A stretch of 47,976 nucleotides of DNA from a virus (taxonomy: Duplodnaviria; Heunggongvirae; Uroviricota; Caudoviricetes). Positions 1 to 9,145 of the stretch are shown here, piece after piece. Where the stretch lies: IMG/VR virus record IMGVR_UViG_3300037471_000830. The stretch is one strand, 5' to 3'. Within the stretch, counting starts at the first letter, position 1; the number at the start of each line of letters is the position of its first letter. The position numbers and the translations under genes were made by a program. The notes beneath the pieces are model-generated. The model was not told the DNA's origin and did not search any database. It worked only from the letters and a program-made list of their open reading frames with translations.

Positions 1-2
1 CG

Positions 3-458
3 GCCCTCACGCCCGTGTCGCCCTCGCGTGCGCCCAGCGTCATCGGAGAGCTCACTCGCATCGCCATCCAGAACACCATCGACGCGCGCACCGTGCAGGT
101 CAAGGCGCACGCGCGCATGGCCCTGGACGGGGCTGCGGGGCTGCTCGCGGCGCAAAAGGCCCTGGACCCCACCAAGCTCTACGGGGCCAGCGACAGCGCA
201 GGCCGGCGCTGGAATGCCTCGCAGCTCGCGGACTTCCTGCTGCGCGACTTCGCCTACCAAAGCGAGCTGGACGCGGCCCTTGCCAGTGCCCGGGAGCAGG
301 GCTACACGCATGCACGAATCACGCACCCCAACGGCAACGAGCACACCGGCAAGGTCTTGACGCTCGACGAGCTGGAGACCCAGCGCGGCGTGATCTTCCA
401 TCCCAACTCCGCATCTTTCCTGGAGCCCGTCGATGGCCCTGTTCCGACCGAACACTGA
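3..458 (+). CDS. 5'-truncated virion protein, possibly head morphogenesis / minor capsid type
   Basis: Frame is open from position 3 with GC-rich third codon positions. C-terminal IFHPNS resembles the FHPNC motif of minor head proteins. It lies just upstream of the connector genes. Confidence 0.4.
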   Translation, partial: ALTPVSPSRAPSVIGELTRIAIQNTIDARTVQVKAHARMALDGAAGLLAAQKALDPTKLYGASDSAGRRWNASQLADFLLRDFAYQSELDAALASAREQGYTHARITHPNGNEHTGKVLTLDELETQRGVIFHPNSASFLEPVDGPVPTEH

Positions 459-786
459 CTGCGTGATCGTCCTGCCTGGCGAGCGCGATGGCTACGGCCA
501 GATGCAGCCTGGCAGCCGCGTCAAGGAACGCTGCTTCCTGGCGCGCGTGCAGCGCCGCTCTGAAAAATCCACCGTGCGCGCGGACTCGTCCGCTTCGCGC
601 GGCGCGGCCCAGGAAAACCTGATCACGGGCCAGGTGCTGCTGGCAGCCACCACCCGGGCCGTCATCGGCGCCATCGTCGAGGCGCACAACCTCAAGCTCA
701 AGATCGTCGGCATGGGCGAGCGCGCCAACCTTCGGGGTCAACTGGACCACTACGTCGCCGACGTGGCCTGGAGCGCGCAGGAATGA
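433..786 (+). CDS. Putative head-closure / head-tail joining protein
   Basis: 117 aa, overlaps both neighbours, at the usual position before terminator and neck genes. Contains a RADSSASRG segment. Confidence 0.55.
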   Translation: MALFRPNTDCVIVLPGERDGYGQMQPGSRVKERCFLARVQRRSEKSTVRADSSASRGAAQENLITGQVLLAATTRAVIGAIVEAHNLKLKIVGMGERANLRGQLDHYVADVAWSAQE

Positions 787-1160
787 AGCTCGAAATCGTC
801 AAGGACATGATCGAGAAGGCAGGCGTTGCCACCTTCGGCGAAGACCTGTTCATCGGCATGATGCCTCTGGAGGCGCAGACCGGCGTGCTGCTGCGCCACT
901 CCGGCATCCCCATCGACTACGAGCTGCCGGGGTACTTCAAGGGCCAGTTCCGCATCATTGCGCGGGCGCCGGCCTACCTTGACGCCCAGGAGCTGATGCA
1001 GCGCGTGACGCAGGCAATCACGGTGCGCGTCGAAACCCTGGCGTCGGGCGTTTTGGTGCGCTACCTGCGCGCGGTGAGCACGCCCGCACCTTTTCCTATT
1101 TCCGATGGCGACCTGATCGAGTTCAACTGCAACTTCGACATTGCCTACATCGAGGACTGA
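783..1160 (+). CDS. Putative tail terminator (minor capsid / tail completion type)
   Basis: 125 aa with an ATGA overlap. Size, position and the ...FRIIARA...EFNCNFDI pattern fit tail terminators. Confidence 0.6.
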   Translation: MKLEIVKDMIEKAGVATFGEDLFIGMMPLEAQTGVLLRHSGIPIDYELPGYFKGQFRIIARAPAYLDAQELMQRVTQAITVRVETLASGVLVRYLRAVSTPAPFPISDGDLIEFNCNFDIAYIED

Positions 1161-1161
1161 C

Positions 1162-1629
1162 ATGGGCATTCGCGTCGAGGGGCTGGACGACATTCAGAAC
1201 CTGTACCTCCAAATCGAGTCCGAAGGCTCGCGCCGGGTGGTCAAGGAAATGATCGCTGGCGGCAATCTGATCGCCGACGTGGCGCGGGAAATGGCGCCGG
1301 TGGATTACGGCAACCTGGAGCAAGCGATCAAGGTGGCCGTATCGCCGGTTCGCGATGCTCGGGGTCGATTTGCCACGCGAGAAGTCAGTGTCTATATCGA
1401 CATGGACATGCGCGTGCCGCAGTTCAAGAACAAGCGCGTGGGCGATTACGCCTATGAAGTCCACGAGCATGTCACGCCTTACGGACCCAAGCAGCTTGGC
1501 GAACGCTCCATGCTCAAACAGGGCACCACGAACGAGATAGTGGGTGGTGGATTTCTGGAACGAGCCGCAGAAAAGGTTCAGAAGAAGGTTCTGGACAATA
1601 TCGAGCGGGCAGTGGACAGCTTTCTGTAG
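1162..1629 (+). CDS. HK97 gp10-like neck / tail-completion protein
   Basis: ATG at 1162 follows the upstream stop. MGIRVEGLDDI...AREMAPVDYGNLEQAI...GGFLERA pattern. Confidence 0.65.
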   Translation: MGIRVEGLDDIQNLYLQIESEGSRRVVKEMIAGGNLIADVAREMAPVDYGNLEQAIKVAVSPVRDARGRFATREVSVYIDMDMRVPQFKNKRVGDYAYEVHEHVTPYGPKQLGERSMLKQGTTNEIVGGGFLERAAEKVQKKVLDNIERAVDSFL

Positions 1630-1632
1630 CAC

Positions 1633-1661
1633 TGGCAATTTATCGCCACTTGTGCTAGGAT
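1633..1661 (+). promoter_or_regulatory. Putative sigma70 promoter for the tail tube operon
   Basis: TGGCAA-N17-TAGGAT, with TG at the extended -10 position (1653-1654). Confidence 0.45.
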
Positions 1662-1665
1662 AATA

Positions 1666-1679
1666 AGTCAGTCATGACA
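1666..1679. promoter_or_regulatory. Dispersed motif copy (AGTCA-GTCA-TGACA)
   Basis: Intergenic, 4 nt downstream of the putative -10 and upstream of the tail tube gene. Confidence 0.75.
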
Positions 1680-1708
1680 TATTTTTTCCCCTTGCAAGGA
1701 GTTTTCTG

Positions 1709-2590
1709 ATGGCAAGCAGCACCAAGAACGTCAAGCTCGGCGTCTGCCAGGTGTACTTCGACGGCCTGGACCTCGGCTACACGAAGGGCGGCGTGGAAGT
1801 GACCGTGAAGACGGACACGCACAAGGTCAACGTGGACCAGTTCGGCAAGACCGCGATCAACGAATACGTCATGGGTCGTGACGTGAACGCCAAGGTGCCG
1901 CTGGCCGAAACGACCCTGGAAAACATGGTCGCCGTGATGCCGGGCGCCACCCTGACGCAGACGGGTGGTGCAGCCGCCACGGGCACCGTGACCCTGGCGA
2001 CGGCCGTTCCGGTGACGGGTGACAAGGTGACGGTCAACGGCGTGGACTTCACGTTCAAGGCCGCCGCCGCCACGCCCTACGAAGTGACCATCGGCGCCAA
2101 CATCAACGCCTGCGCCGCCAACCTGGCTGCCGTGCTGGCCGCGTCCACCGACCCCAAGGTCGCCATCGCGCAGTACAGCAACACCGCCGCCACCGCCGTG
2201 GTGAACGTGAAGTACGGCTCGGACTTCGTGTACGGCAGCGCCGGCAAGCAAGGCGTGGAAGGCAACGCTTTCACCCTGGCCCGCACCTTCACGACTCCGG
2301 CCAACTGCACCCTGTCGGGCGCCAACCTGACGGGCGGCGTTGATCCCAGCAGCGTGTCCGTGTCTGTGTCCACCGGCATCGGCACCGACCTGCTGTCCGT
2401 GGCGAAGGAGCTGCGCTTCCACCCGCAGAACAAGGCTGCCGGCGACAAGACGGACGACTTCGTGATGCCCCTGGCCGCGACGCCTGGCGCGCTGACCTTC
2501 GCCTACAAGCTGGAGGACGAGCGCGTTTACAACGTCGAGTTCTCGGGCTACCCGGACAGCAACGGCAAGCTGTTCACCGTCGGCGTCTAA
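1709..2590 (+). CDS. Major tail (tube) protein with internal inserted domain
   Basis: SD AAGGAG. N-terminus KNVKLGVCQVYFDGLDLGYTKGGVEV is typical of SSU5-like tail tube proteins. Followed by chaperones and tape measure. Confidence 0.85.
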   Translation: MASSTKNVKLGVCQVYFDGLDLGYTKGGVEVTVKTDTHKVNVDQFGKTAINEYVMGRDVNAKVPLAETTLENMVAVMPGATLTQTGGAAATGTVTLATAVPVTGDKVTVNGVDFTFKAAAATPYEVTIGANINACAANLAAVLAASTDPKVAIAQYSNTAATAVVNVKYGSDFVYGSAGKQGVEGNAFTLARTFTTPANCTLSGANLTGGVDPSSVSVSVSTGIGTDLLSVAKELRFHPQNKAAGDKTDDFVMPLAATPGALTFAYKLEDERVYNVEFSGYPDSNGKLFTVGV

Positions 2591-2593
2591 ATC

Positions 2594-2607
2594 AGTCACG
2601 GCTGACG
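2594..2607. promoter_or_regulatory. Dispersed motif copy (AGTCA-CGGC-TGACG) followed by TACAAT
   Basis: 3 nt after the tube gene stop. A -10-like TACAAT sits at 2608-2613. Confidence 0.75.
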
Positions 2608-2635
2608 TACAATAGGCGTCAGCAACTGGCGCAAC

Positions 2636-2663
2636 AAAACGGCCCGCCTTGCGCGGGCCTTTT
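2636..2663 (+). terminator. Rho-independent terminator-like hairpin after the tail tube gene
   Basis: GGCCCGC-CTTGC-GCGGGCC followed by TTTT. Confidence 0.6.
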
Positions 2664-2678
2664 CCCAAGGAACTGCAA

Positions 2679-3038
2679 ATGGCAAAAGTCCTGAATCTCG
2701 ATGAAATCCATGTCGCCGAACCGCGCGTGCTGGTGATGGGCGGCGCTTCCCACCCGATCGACGAACTGTCGGTGGAGAGCTACATCGAGGTTGAATCCAC
2801 GGCCGATCGACTGAAGGGCGAAACCCGTCAGGGCGTCGTGATGAAGGAAACCGTGCGTCTGATCAAGCGCCAGGTTCCGACCGTGGACGAGTCGGCACTG
2901 CTGAAGCTGTCGCTGGAAAAGCTGTTCGCGGTTTCGGAGTTCGTGCGCGGCGTGGACCCGGAAAAGATCATCGCCCGAGCCAAGGGTGCGGTGGTGAACG
3001 GTGACAAGACCGAGGGCGCCGAGCCGGGAAAAGCGTAA
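2679..3038 (+). CDS. Tail assembly chaperone (lambda gpG analogue)
   Basis: SD AAGGA, ATG at 2679. Lies between tube and tape measure genes and ends at a slippery site. Confidence 0.8.
   Translation: MAKVLNLDEIHVAEPRVLVMGGASHPIDELSVESYIEVESTADRLKGETRQGVVMKETVRLIKRQVPTVDESALLKLSLEKLFAVSEFVRGVDPEKIIARAKGAVVNGDKTEGAEPGKA
3026..3032 (+). other. Programmed -1 frameshift slippery heptamer G GGA AAA
   Basis: In-frame XXXYYYZ two codons before the stop. The -1 frame is open from 3026 to 3373. Confidence 0.85.
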
Positions 3039-3373
3039 GCGGCAGCGGTGAAAAGGGCCGGGATCAGGACATTGATTTCGGCTTCCACTTCTGCCGCGTA
3101 GCTCACCACTACGCGATGTCCTATCGGGAAGTCCTGGCGCTTCCCGCTAGGACTTTTTGGTTTATGGCCGGCTGCATCGTGAGATTGATGGCCGAGAAAG
3201 ACATGCGACTGCTGGCCGTGACGGCTGCGGCGCAAGGCGAGGAGCTGTTCGACAAGACGCTCACGCGACTGGAGATCGAGATGGCGGGTCCGACAGAGCC
3301 GGTGGACCCGCTGAAGGCTGAACTGGACCAGGAAGGTCTGGAGGGGCTGAGGTCACTGGCTGCGTTGATGTGA
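3026..3373 (+). CDS. Frameshifted C-terminal part of the G-T tail chaperone fusion
   Basis: No stop in the -1 frame between the slippery site and the ORF-track ATG at 3116. Reads GKSVSGSGEKGRDQDIDFGFHFCRVAHHYAMSYREVLALP... Confidence 0.8.
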   Translation, partial: GKSVSGSGEKGRDQDIDFGFHFCRVAHHYAMSYREVLALPARTFWFMAGCIVRLMAEKDMRLLAVTAAAQGEELFDKTLTRLEIEMAGPTEPVDPLKAELDQEGLEGLRSLAALM

Positions 3374-3377
3374 GGTA

Positions 3378-6300
3378 GTGGAAATGCTCGGGCGCGAAAT
3401 CAAGATCGTCATGACCCTGGACGACAAGGACGTGTCGATCAAGACGGTAAAGGTCGGTGAGGAGCTGTCGCAGATGCAGCGCCACATCGAGCGCACCGCC
3501 CAAGCCACCACGCGGCTGGAGGAGCGGTTCACGGGCCTGGGCCAGAAGTTCCGCGACATCACGCTCGCCATTTCCGTGGCGCGCTTCGCTTTCCGCGACA
3601 TCCAGGACATCTTCCTGGCCCTGCCCAACGCCGTCATCAAGTCCAGCTCCGAAATCGAGCGCATGACGACGCTCATGGCTGGCTTGAGCAAGGCCATCAC
3701 GCGCGACGCGAAGTTCGAGGACGCCGCCAAGAGCGTCAAGTTCGTCTTCGACATGGCGCAGCGCACGCCCTTTGCGGTGGGCGCGCTGGCCGACTCCTTC
3801 GTCAAGCTGAAGGTCGGCGGCATCGACCCGACCAACGGCTCCTTGCAGGCCCTGGCAGACTCCGTGGCCCGCTTCGGCGGCAACAGCGAATCCCTCAAGC
3901 GCGCCTCCATCGCCATCCAGCAGATGAGCGGCAAGGGCGTGGTCTCGATGGAAGAACTGCGTCAGCAGTTGGGCGAGGCCATCCCCGATGCGATGGAGTC
4001 CATGGCGATCGGTGCCGGCCTGTCCATGCAGGAGCTTGCCAAGCACGTCGCCAAGGGCGAGGTTGCGGCGAGCAAGGCCATCGCCAACATGCTCACGGTC
4101 ATGCGCATGACCAACGCCGGCGCGTCTGCGGAGATGATGCAGACCTGGAGCGGCATGACCGAGCAGCTTTCGACCAAGTGGGAGCTGTTCAAGAAGGACA
4201 TTGGCGACGACGGCTTCTTCAAGCAGGTCAAGGGTCAGTTGCAGCAGCTTCTCGAAGCCTTCGACTCGGGCGCGTCCCGAACCCTCGCGCAAGACCTTGG
4301 CAGCTCCCTGTCGGGCATCACGACCGGCCTGACCGAAGCCGTGCGGCTCGCGATGCAGTTCTCGGACTACATCAAGCTCGCGGCAGCGGCCTACCTGGGC
4401 ATGAAGGGCGTGTCCTGGGCCAAGGGCTTGACGGACTCGATGCAGCAGCGGTTCATGAACCCGCAGGAGCGCGAGACCCGCGCCATGCAGCTTCGTGACT
4501 CGATGATGGAGGGCCGTTTCGGCGTGGGTCGCTTCATGACCGAGGACCGTCGTGGCGAGGCGTCGGCACTGCTCAAGCAGGCGGAGGAGAACGAGCGTCT
4601 GATCGCGCTGGCTCAAAACCGCGCGACCAAGGAGCTGGACATCGAGCGTGACGCCAAGGTCAAGGAGGTCCAGCTCAATCGCCAGTACGCCCTGGAGAAC
4701 CTGCGCACCAAGAACCAGGAGCTCCAGCAGGCTACCGCTGCCGTGACGAAGGCCGAGGCCGACCGCATCGCCGCCATCAAGTCCGCCCGCACCAACAGCG
4801 CCGCCACGCTGGATCAACTGCGTGACAGCGCCAAGTCCGACGCCGAGGACTGGAAGCGCAAGCTGGCCGTGGCCGTGGAGGGCGAACGCACCATCACGGC
4901 GGCCCGAGTGAAGGAGCGTTCGCAGCTCGCAGCTCGCCTGGCCGCGATCGAAAGCTCTGCACCGGACTCCGGTCGTGGCGCGGCTCAGGCGGCTCGCAGC
5001 GCCGCGATCGTTCGCGCCCAGGTGGTCGAGTTGGATCGTCTGATTGCGTCTGAGCGCCAGGGCGTGCAGGTCACGCGCGAAATCGCCGACGCCTACCAGC
5101 GCAAGGCGACCGTGCTGGCTTCGGCCACGACCCAGCAGGAGGCCGCGCGCCTGGCTGCCGAGCACGCCAACGACATCTCCAACAAGGGCATCGCCCTCGC
5201 GCGCCAGCAGGAGCAGGCTGCCAAGACCGCCGCCAACGCCGCGCGTGACCACGCCCGCGACGTGCTGCGCAACAACGCCGCGATCATCGAGAGCATCGGT
5301 GTAGGCAATCAGGCCGCGCAGGCGCACCAGTCCGAAGTGGCCGCGCTCACCAAGAGCAACGAGGCGCTGCGCGACAAGGCGACGCAGCTCGCCCGCGTCA
5401 CGCCGGCGATGCGCATGCTGTCCGGTGCGATTGCCGGTATGCAGACCATGTTCAACGCCTTCGGCGGCTGGGTCACGGTCGCTGCGGCGGCACTGGCGTG
5501 GCTGGGCACGAAGCTGTGGGAGTTCGTCAACCGCTTCAAGGAAGCCGAGGAAATCCGCAAGCGCATCATGAGCGGCGCGGCACCCTCCAACGACGATCTG
5601 GAGAAGGAAGAAGCGGCGATCAAGGGCCTGGAGGAGCGGCTCAATGCCAAGGTGCGCATGCGCAACTCCGGCGTGGGCAACGACGACGCCAAGCGCAATT
5701 TCTCGCCCGAGAAGCTGGCCCAGCTCGACCAGGAAATCAACGAGCTGACTTCGCAGATCAACAAGGCCCGTCAGAGCGTCATCGAAGGCCGCAAGCTCCA
5801 GATCACGCAGGAGGCCAACGACACCATCGGCCAGCTCACCCGCGAGGGCGAGCGCGAAGTGGCGCAGATTCGCGCCAACATGAACAAGCGCCTGGCTGCG
5901 ATCAAGGAGGAGAACGAGCGCGCCAACCGCGAAAACCCCAAGGGTCGCGAGAAGAACGACAAGACCGCCTCCACGCAGCAGCGCGAGGCGATGGTCTCTG
6001 CCGCCACCGCCGAAGCCGCGTATTGGGACCAGGCCACCGCCAAGGCCAAGAACGCCTACGACAAGGCGCTCAATGGCGGCAGCCGCCGCGCGCAGCAGAT
6101 CGCGCGCGACACCTACAACGCGATGGCCGACCGCCAGCGCAACGCCCAGGAGCTGCTGAAGTCGGTGCAGGAGACCGGCTCGTGGGACAAGTTCACGGGC
6201 GGCAAGGACAACGGCCGGATGAACTCGCTCAAGCAGGTCAACCCGCTGGAGCGCGCGTTCAACGAGGCCGAAATCGGCTTTCAGAAGCAGCGCCTGCAAC

Positions 6301-8084
6301 TCAACGTGCTCAAGGAGGACGCCAAGTCCCTGGAGGACTACAAGCGGCAGGCGATGACGGACGTGATCGAGAAGATCATGAACGGCGGCTTCGACTACAC
6401 CACCAAGGGCGAGGACAAGAAGTCCGACGTGCAGCACTACGTTGGCGGCATGGAGCAGCGCAAGAAGCTCATGACCGACTTCCTGGCGTTCATGCAGCAG
6501 GGCAAGGGCACTGTCGATCAGTTCATCGCCTCGCGCAAGGAGCTCACCGACCAGGAGCGCAAGTGGATCGAGACCATCATCCTGCGCAACGCCGAGCAGC
6601 GCACCGACGCCGAGACCAGCAAGGCCCTGTCGGCTGCCAACGCCCAGGCTGCGGCTGCCCAGGCGGACCTCACGTCGGCCATGGACGACTACAACGCCGC
6701 TTCCAACCGCCTCACGGGCGTTGACAAGATGGAAGTGCAGTTCGCCCGCCTGGCTGCCAAGCTCAAGCTCACGGCCGAGCAGATGGCGAATCTGAAGAAG
6801 GAGCAGACCGAGGCCCTGCGCGACACCGCGCTGGCCGGCGTGTTCCGCTACGGCCAGGGCGCCTTCGATCTGGAGGAAAAGAACAAGTTCTCCGCCTCCA
6901 AGCTCAACGGCACGCGCCAGGATGAGTACAAGGCCGAGTTCGACTACCGCATGGCCCTGGTGCAGCGGGAGTACGACGCGCAGATGGCTGCGGCCGACAA
7001 GTACGCCAAGGGCTCCGAGAAGTACGAGGAGGCGGTGACGGCGGCCAAGCGTCGCTACGCGGCCGAGCGCACCCAAGTCGAGCTGGAGTACCAGGACAAG
7101 GCCCGCACGCAGCTCGCACGGCTGGCTCAGGAGTGGGGCGACACCACCGAGCAGATCAACCAGTCCACGGGCAATTGGGCCAACAGCACCCTGGACTACA
7201 TCACCGGGGCGCTTTCTGGCGTCAAGGGCAAGTTCCGCGACTTCGCCGCCTCGATCATGCGCGACATCGGCAAGATCGCGCTCAAGGACTTGATCGGCAA
7301 GCAGATCGTCGGCGCGTTTGACGGCCTGGGCTCCAAGCTGCTGAACACCTTCAGCTCCAGAGGCAATGGTAGCAATGCTGCCGCTCAGGGCGCGGCGCAG
7401 GCAGCTACCGCGACTGCTGCGAACGCAGCCGCCGCCGCGATCACCAGCATGGCGTCGGCCACCAACTCCTACACCACCGGCTCGCTGGGCCAGATGATCG
7501 CGCAGGCCGCAACCTGGCTGGGTATCGACGCCGGGAAGATGACCACCGCGCAACTCGCCGAGATTGCGCAGATGTCGCTGACCATGTGGATCGCCACCAC
7601 GCAGATGACGCTGGAGTTCGCGTTCGTGCCGACGCTGGCGGCAACCGTGGTTGCCCTTCAGGCCCTGGCCGCAGCAGCCGCCACCGCCGCAGCGGCGCAG
7701 TCAGGCAGTGCCGCCAGCTCCTTCTTTGCCAACGGCGGCATCATGACCAGCGCCGGCTCGCTGCCGCTGAAGATGTACGCCAACGGCGGCGTCGCCAACA
7801 CGCCCCAGGTCGCGGTCTTTGGTGAGGGCCGAACGCCCGAAGCCTATGTGCCGCTGCCTGACGGCCGCAGCATTCCCGTGACCATGCGCGGCAACATCGA
7901 GAACAGCGGTCAGGGCGGTCAGAACATCTCCATCAGCATCGTCGTGAACAACGACGGCTCTGAGCAGACTGGCGCGAGCGGTGACGATGAGAGCAAGTGG
8001 AAGCAGATGGCTCAGCGCGTCAAGGGCGTGGTGCGCGAGGAGCTCGCAACGCAAAAGCGTCAGGGCGGGATGCTTTGGAAATAA
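3378..8084 (+). CDS. Tape measure protein (1568 aa)
   Basis: N-terminal tape-measure domain (AQRTPFAVGALADSFVKL...MSGKGVVSMEELRQQLGE), long Ala-rich helical body, lambda-type C-terminus FANGG...GEGRTPEAYVPL. Confidence 0.95.
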   Translation: MEMLGREIKIVMTLDDKDVSIKTVKVGEELSQMQRHIERTAQATTRLEERFTGLGQKFRDITLAISVARFAFRDIQDIFLALPNAVIKSSSEIERMTTLMAGLSKAITRDAKFEDAAKSVKFVFDMAQRTPFAVGALADSFVKLKVGGIDPTNGSLQALADSVARFGGNSESLKRASIAIQQMSGKGVVSMEELRQQLGEAIPDAMESMAIGAGLSMQELAKHVAKGEVAASKAIANMLTVMRMTNAGASAEMMQTWSGMTEQLSTKWELFKKDIGDDGFFKQVKGQLQQLLEAFDSGASRTLAQDLGSSLSGITTGLTEAVRLAMQFSDYIKLAAAAYLGMKGVSWAKGLTDSMQQRFMNPQERETRAMQLRDSMMEGRFGVGRFMTEDRRGEASALLKQAEENERLIALAQNRATKELDIERDAKVKEVQLNRQYALENLRTKNQELQQATAAVTKAEADRIAAIKSARTNSAATLDQLRDSAKSDAEDWKRKLAVAVEGERTITAARVKERSQLAARLAAIESSAPDSGRGAAQAARSAAIVRAQVVELDRLIASERQGVQVTREIADAYQRKATVLASATTQQEAARLAAEHANDISNKGIALARQQEQAAKTAANAARDHARDVLRNNAAIIESIGVGNQAAQAHQSEVAALTKSNEALRDKATQLARVTPAMRMLSGAIAGMQTMFNAFGGWVTVAAAALAWLGTKLWEFVNRFKEAEEIRKRIMSGAAPSNDDLEKEEAAIKGLEERLNAKVRMRNSGVGNDDAKRNFSPEKLAQLDQEINELTSQINKARQSVIEGRKLQITQEANDTIGQLTREGEREVAQIRANMNKRLAAIKEENERANRENPKGREKNDKTASTQQREAMVSAATAEAAYWDQATAKAKNAYDKALNGGSRRAQQIARDTYNAMADRQRNAQELLKSVQETGSWDKFTGGKDNGRMNSLKQVNPLERAFNEAEIGFQKQRLQLNVLKEDAKSLEDYKRQAMTDVIEKIMNGGFDYTTKGEDKKSDVQHYVGGMEQRKKLMTDFLAFMQQGKGTVDQFIASRKELTDQERKWIETIILRNAEQRTDAETSKALSAANAQAAAAQADLTSAMDDYNAASNRLTGVDKMEVQFARLAAKLKLTAEQMANLKKEQTEALRDTALAGVFRYGQGAFDLEEKNKFSASKLNGTRQDEYKAEFDYRMALVQREYDAQMAAADKYAKGSEKYEEAVTAAKRRYAAERTQVELEYQDKARTQLARLAQEWGDTTEQINQSTGNWANSTLDYITGALSGVKGKFRDFAASIMRDIGKIALKDLIGKQIVGAFDGLGSKLLNTFSSRGNGSNAAAQGAAQAATATAANAAAAAITSMASATNSYTTGSLGQMIAQAATWLGIDAGKMTTAQLAEIAQMSLTMWIATTQMTLEFAFVPTLAATVVALQALAAAAATAAAAQSGSAASSFFANGGIMTSAGSLPLKMYANGGVANTPQVAVFGEGRTPEAYVPLPDGRSIPVTMRGNIENSGQGGQNISISIVVNNDGSEQTGASGDDESKWKQMAQRVKGVVREELATQKRQGGMLWK

Positions 8085-8103
8085 GTCAGCAGTGAGCTAC
8101 AAT
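8075..8103 (+). promoter_or_regulatory. Promoter TTGGAA-N17-TACAAT with a motif copy (AGTCA-GCAG-TGAGC, 8084-8097) in the spacer
   Basis: Canonical 17-bp spacing. The motif overlaps the tape measure stop codon. Confidence 0.7.
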
Positions 8104-8111
8104 GCGGCGCC

Positions 8112-8450
8112 ATGCCGCTGCCGACTTTTTCCTGGTCCCCCGATTGGGAATCCTCTGAGGATTCCGAGCCGAAAGTCAAAGTCACCAAATTCGGTGACGG
8201 CTACGAGGCGCGCGTCGCGGAAGGCATGAACAACAACCCAGCTTCCTGGAAGCTGGGGTTTTCCCGCGACGCCACCACGATTGCCGCCATTCGTGCCTTT
8301 CTCAAGGCGCGAAATGCTATTGAGGCTTTCAACTGGACCAACCCGTTCAATGAGGCGGGGGTTTACGTCTGTCGCAAATGGAGCGTGGTTCGCAAGACTG
8401 GCGTACTCGTGCTCCAGGCGGAATTCCAGCAAGTGTTTGAGGCTTCGTGA
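8112..8450 (+). CDS. Minor tail protein M-like (distal tail)
   Basis: TFSWSPDW...KVTKFGDGYEARVAEGMNN...FLKARNAIEAFNWTNP, the lambda gpM pattern. Confidence 0.9.
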   Translation: MPLPTFSWSPDWESSEDSEPKVKVTKFGDGYEARVAEGMNNNPASWKLGFSRDATTIAAIRAFLKARNAIEAFNWTNPFNEAGVYVCRKWSVVRKTGVLVLQAEFQQVFEAS

Positions 8451-9145
8451 TGGCGACACTCACTTCTGAAATCCAGTCACTGTCGCCGAGCGCCAAGATC
8501 GAGCTTTACGAGCTGGACGCGACCGCCCTGGGCGACACCAGCAAGCTGTATTTCCATGCCGGCACCAATCAATTGCGTCAGCCGGTGGTCTGGAAGGGCA
8601 TCAGCTATTTGCCTTTCCCGATCGAGGCGGAGGGCTTCGACATCACCACCAGCGGCTCGCTGCCGCGTCCGAAGCTGCGTGTTGCCAACTTGGGCGGAGA
8701 AATGTCGGCCGAGGTCCGGGCATTTGACGATCTGGTGGGCGCAAAGGTCACGCGCCGGCGCACGTTTGCGCGATTCCTGGATGCCGTGAATTTCACTGGC
8801 GGCGTCAATGCCGAGGCTGACCCGAACCAGGGTTTCCCGGATGACGTGTGGTTTGTGGAGAGAAAGGTCAGCGAGGATCGCTTCGTCATCGAGTGGGAGC
8901 TGGCGAGCGCCTTCGACCTTCAGGGCGTGCTGCTGCCCAACCGCCAGGTGATCCAGAACACGTGCTGGTGGAAGTATCGCGACGCGGACTGCGGCTACAC
9001 CGGCACGGCCTACTTCGACGCCAACGACGCTCCCACGAACCAGGCCGGCGACTACTGCGCCAAACGCCTGTCGTCGTGCAAGGCGAGGTTTGGCACCGGC
9101 ACGATCCGCTTCGGCGGCTACCCCGGGGCGCGCCGCTATGGATGA
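8450..9145 (+). CDS. Minor tail protein L-like
   Basis: IELYELDATALG...FPIEAEGF...RPKLRVAN, with C-terminal Cys residues (CWWKYR..CGY, CAKRLSSCK). Confidence 0.9.
   Translation: MATLTSEIQSLSPSAKIELYELDATALGDTSKLYFHAGTNQLRQPVVWKGISYLPFPIEAEGFDITTSGSLPRPKLRVANLGGEMSAEVRAFDDLVGAKVTRRRTFARFLDAVNFTGGVNAEADPNQGFPDDVWFVERKVSEDRFVIEWELASAFDLQGVLLPNRQVIQNTCWWKYRDADCGYTGTAYFDANDAPTNQAGDYCAKRLSSCKARFGTGTIRFGGYPGARRYG

Noticed and set aside
3261-7553. 1430-aa minus-strand ORF, and similar long antisense ORFs at 10475-13339, 18152-20641, 35198-37339 and 42974-44845
   Set aside because: They shadow well-supported plus-strand genes. High GC3 depletes antisense stops, and the translations are low-complexity with no motifs.
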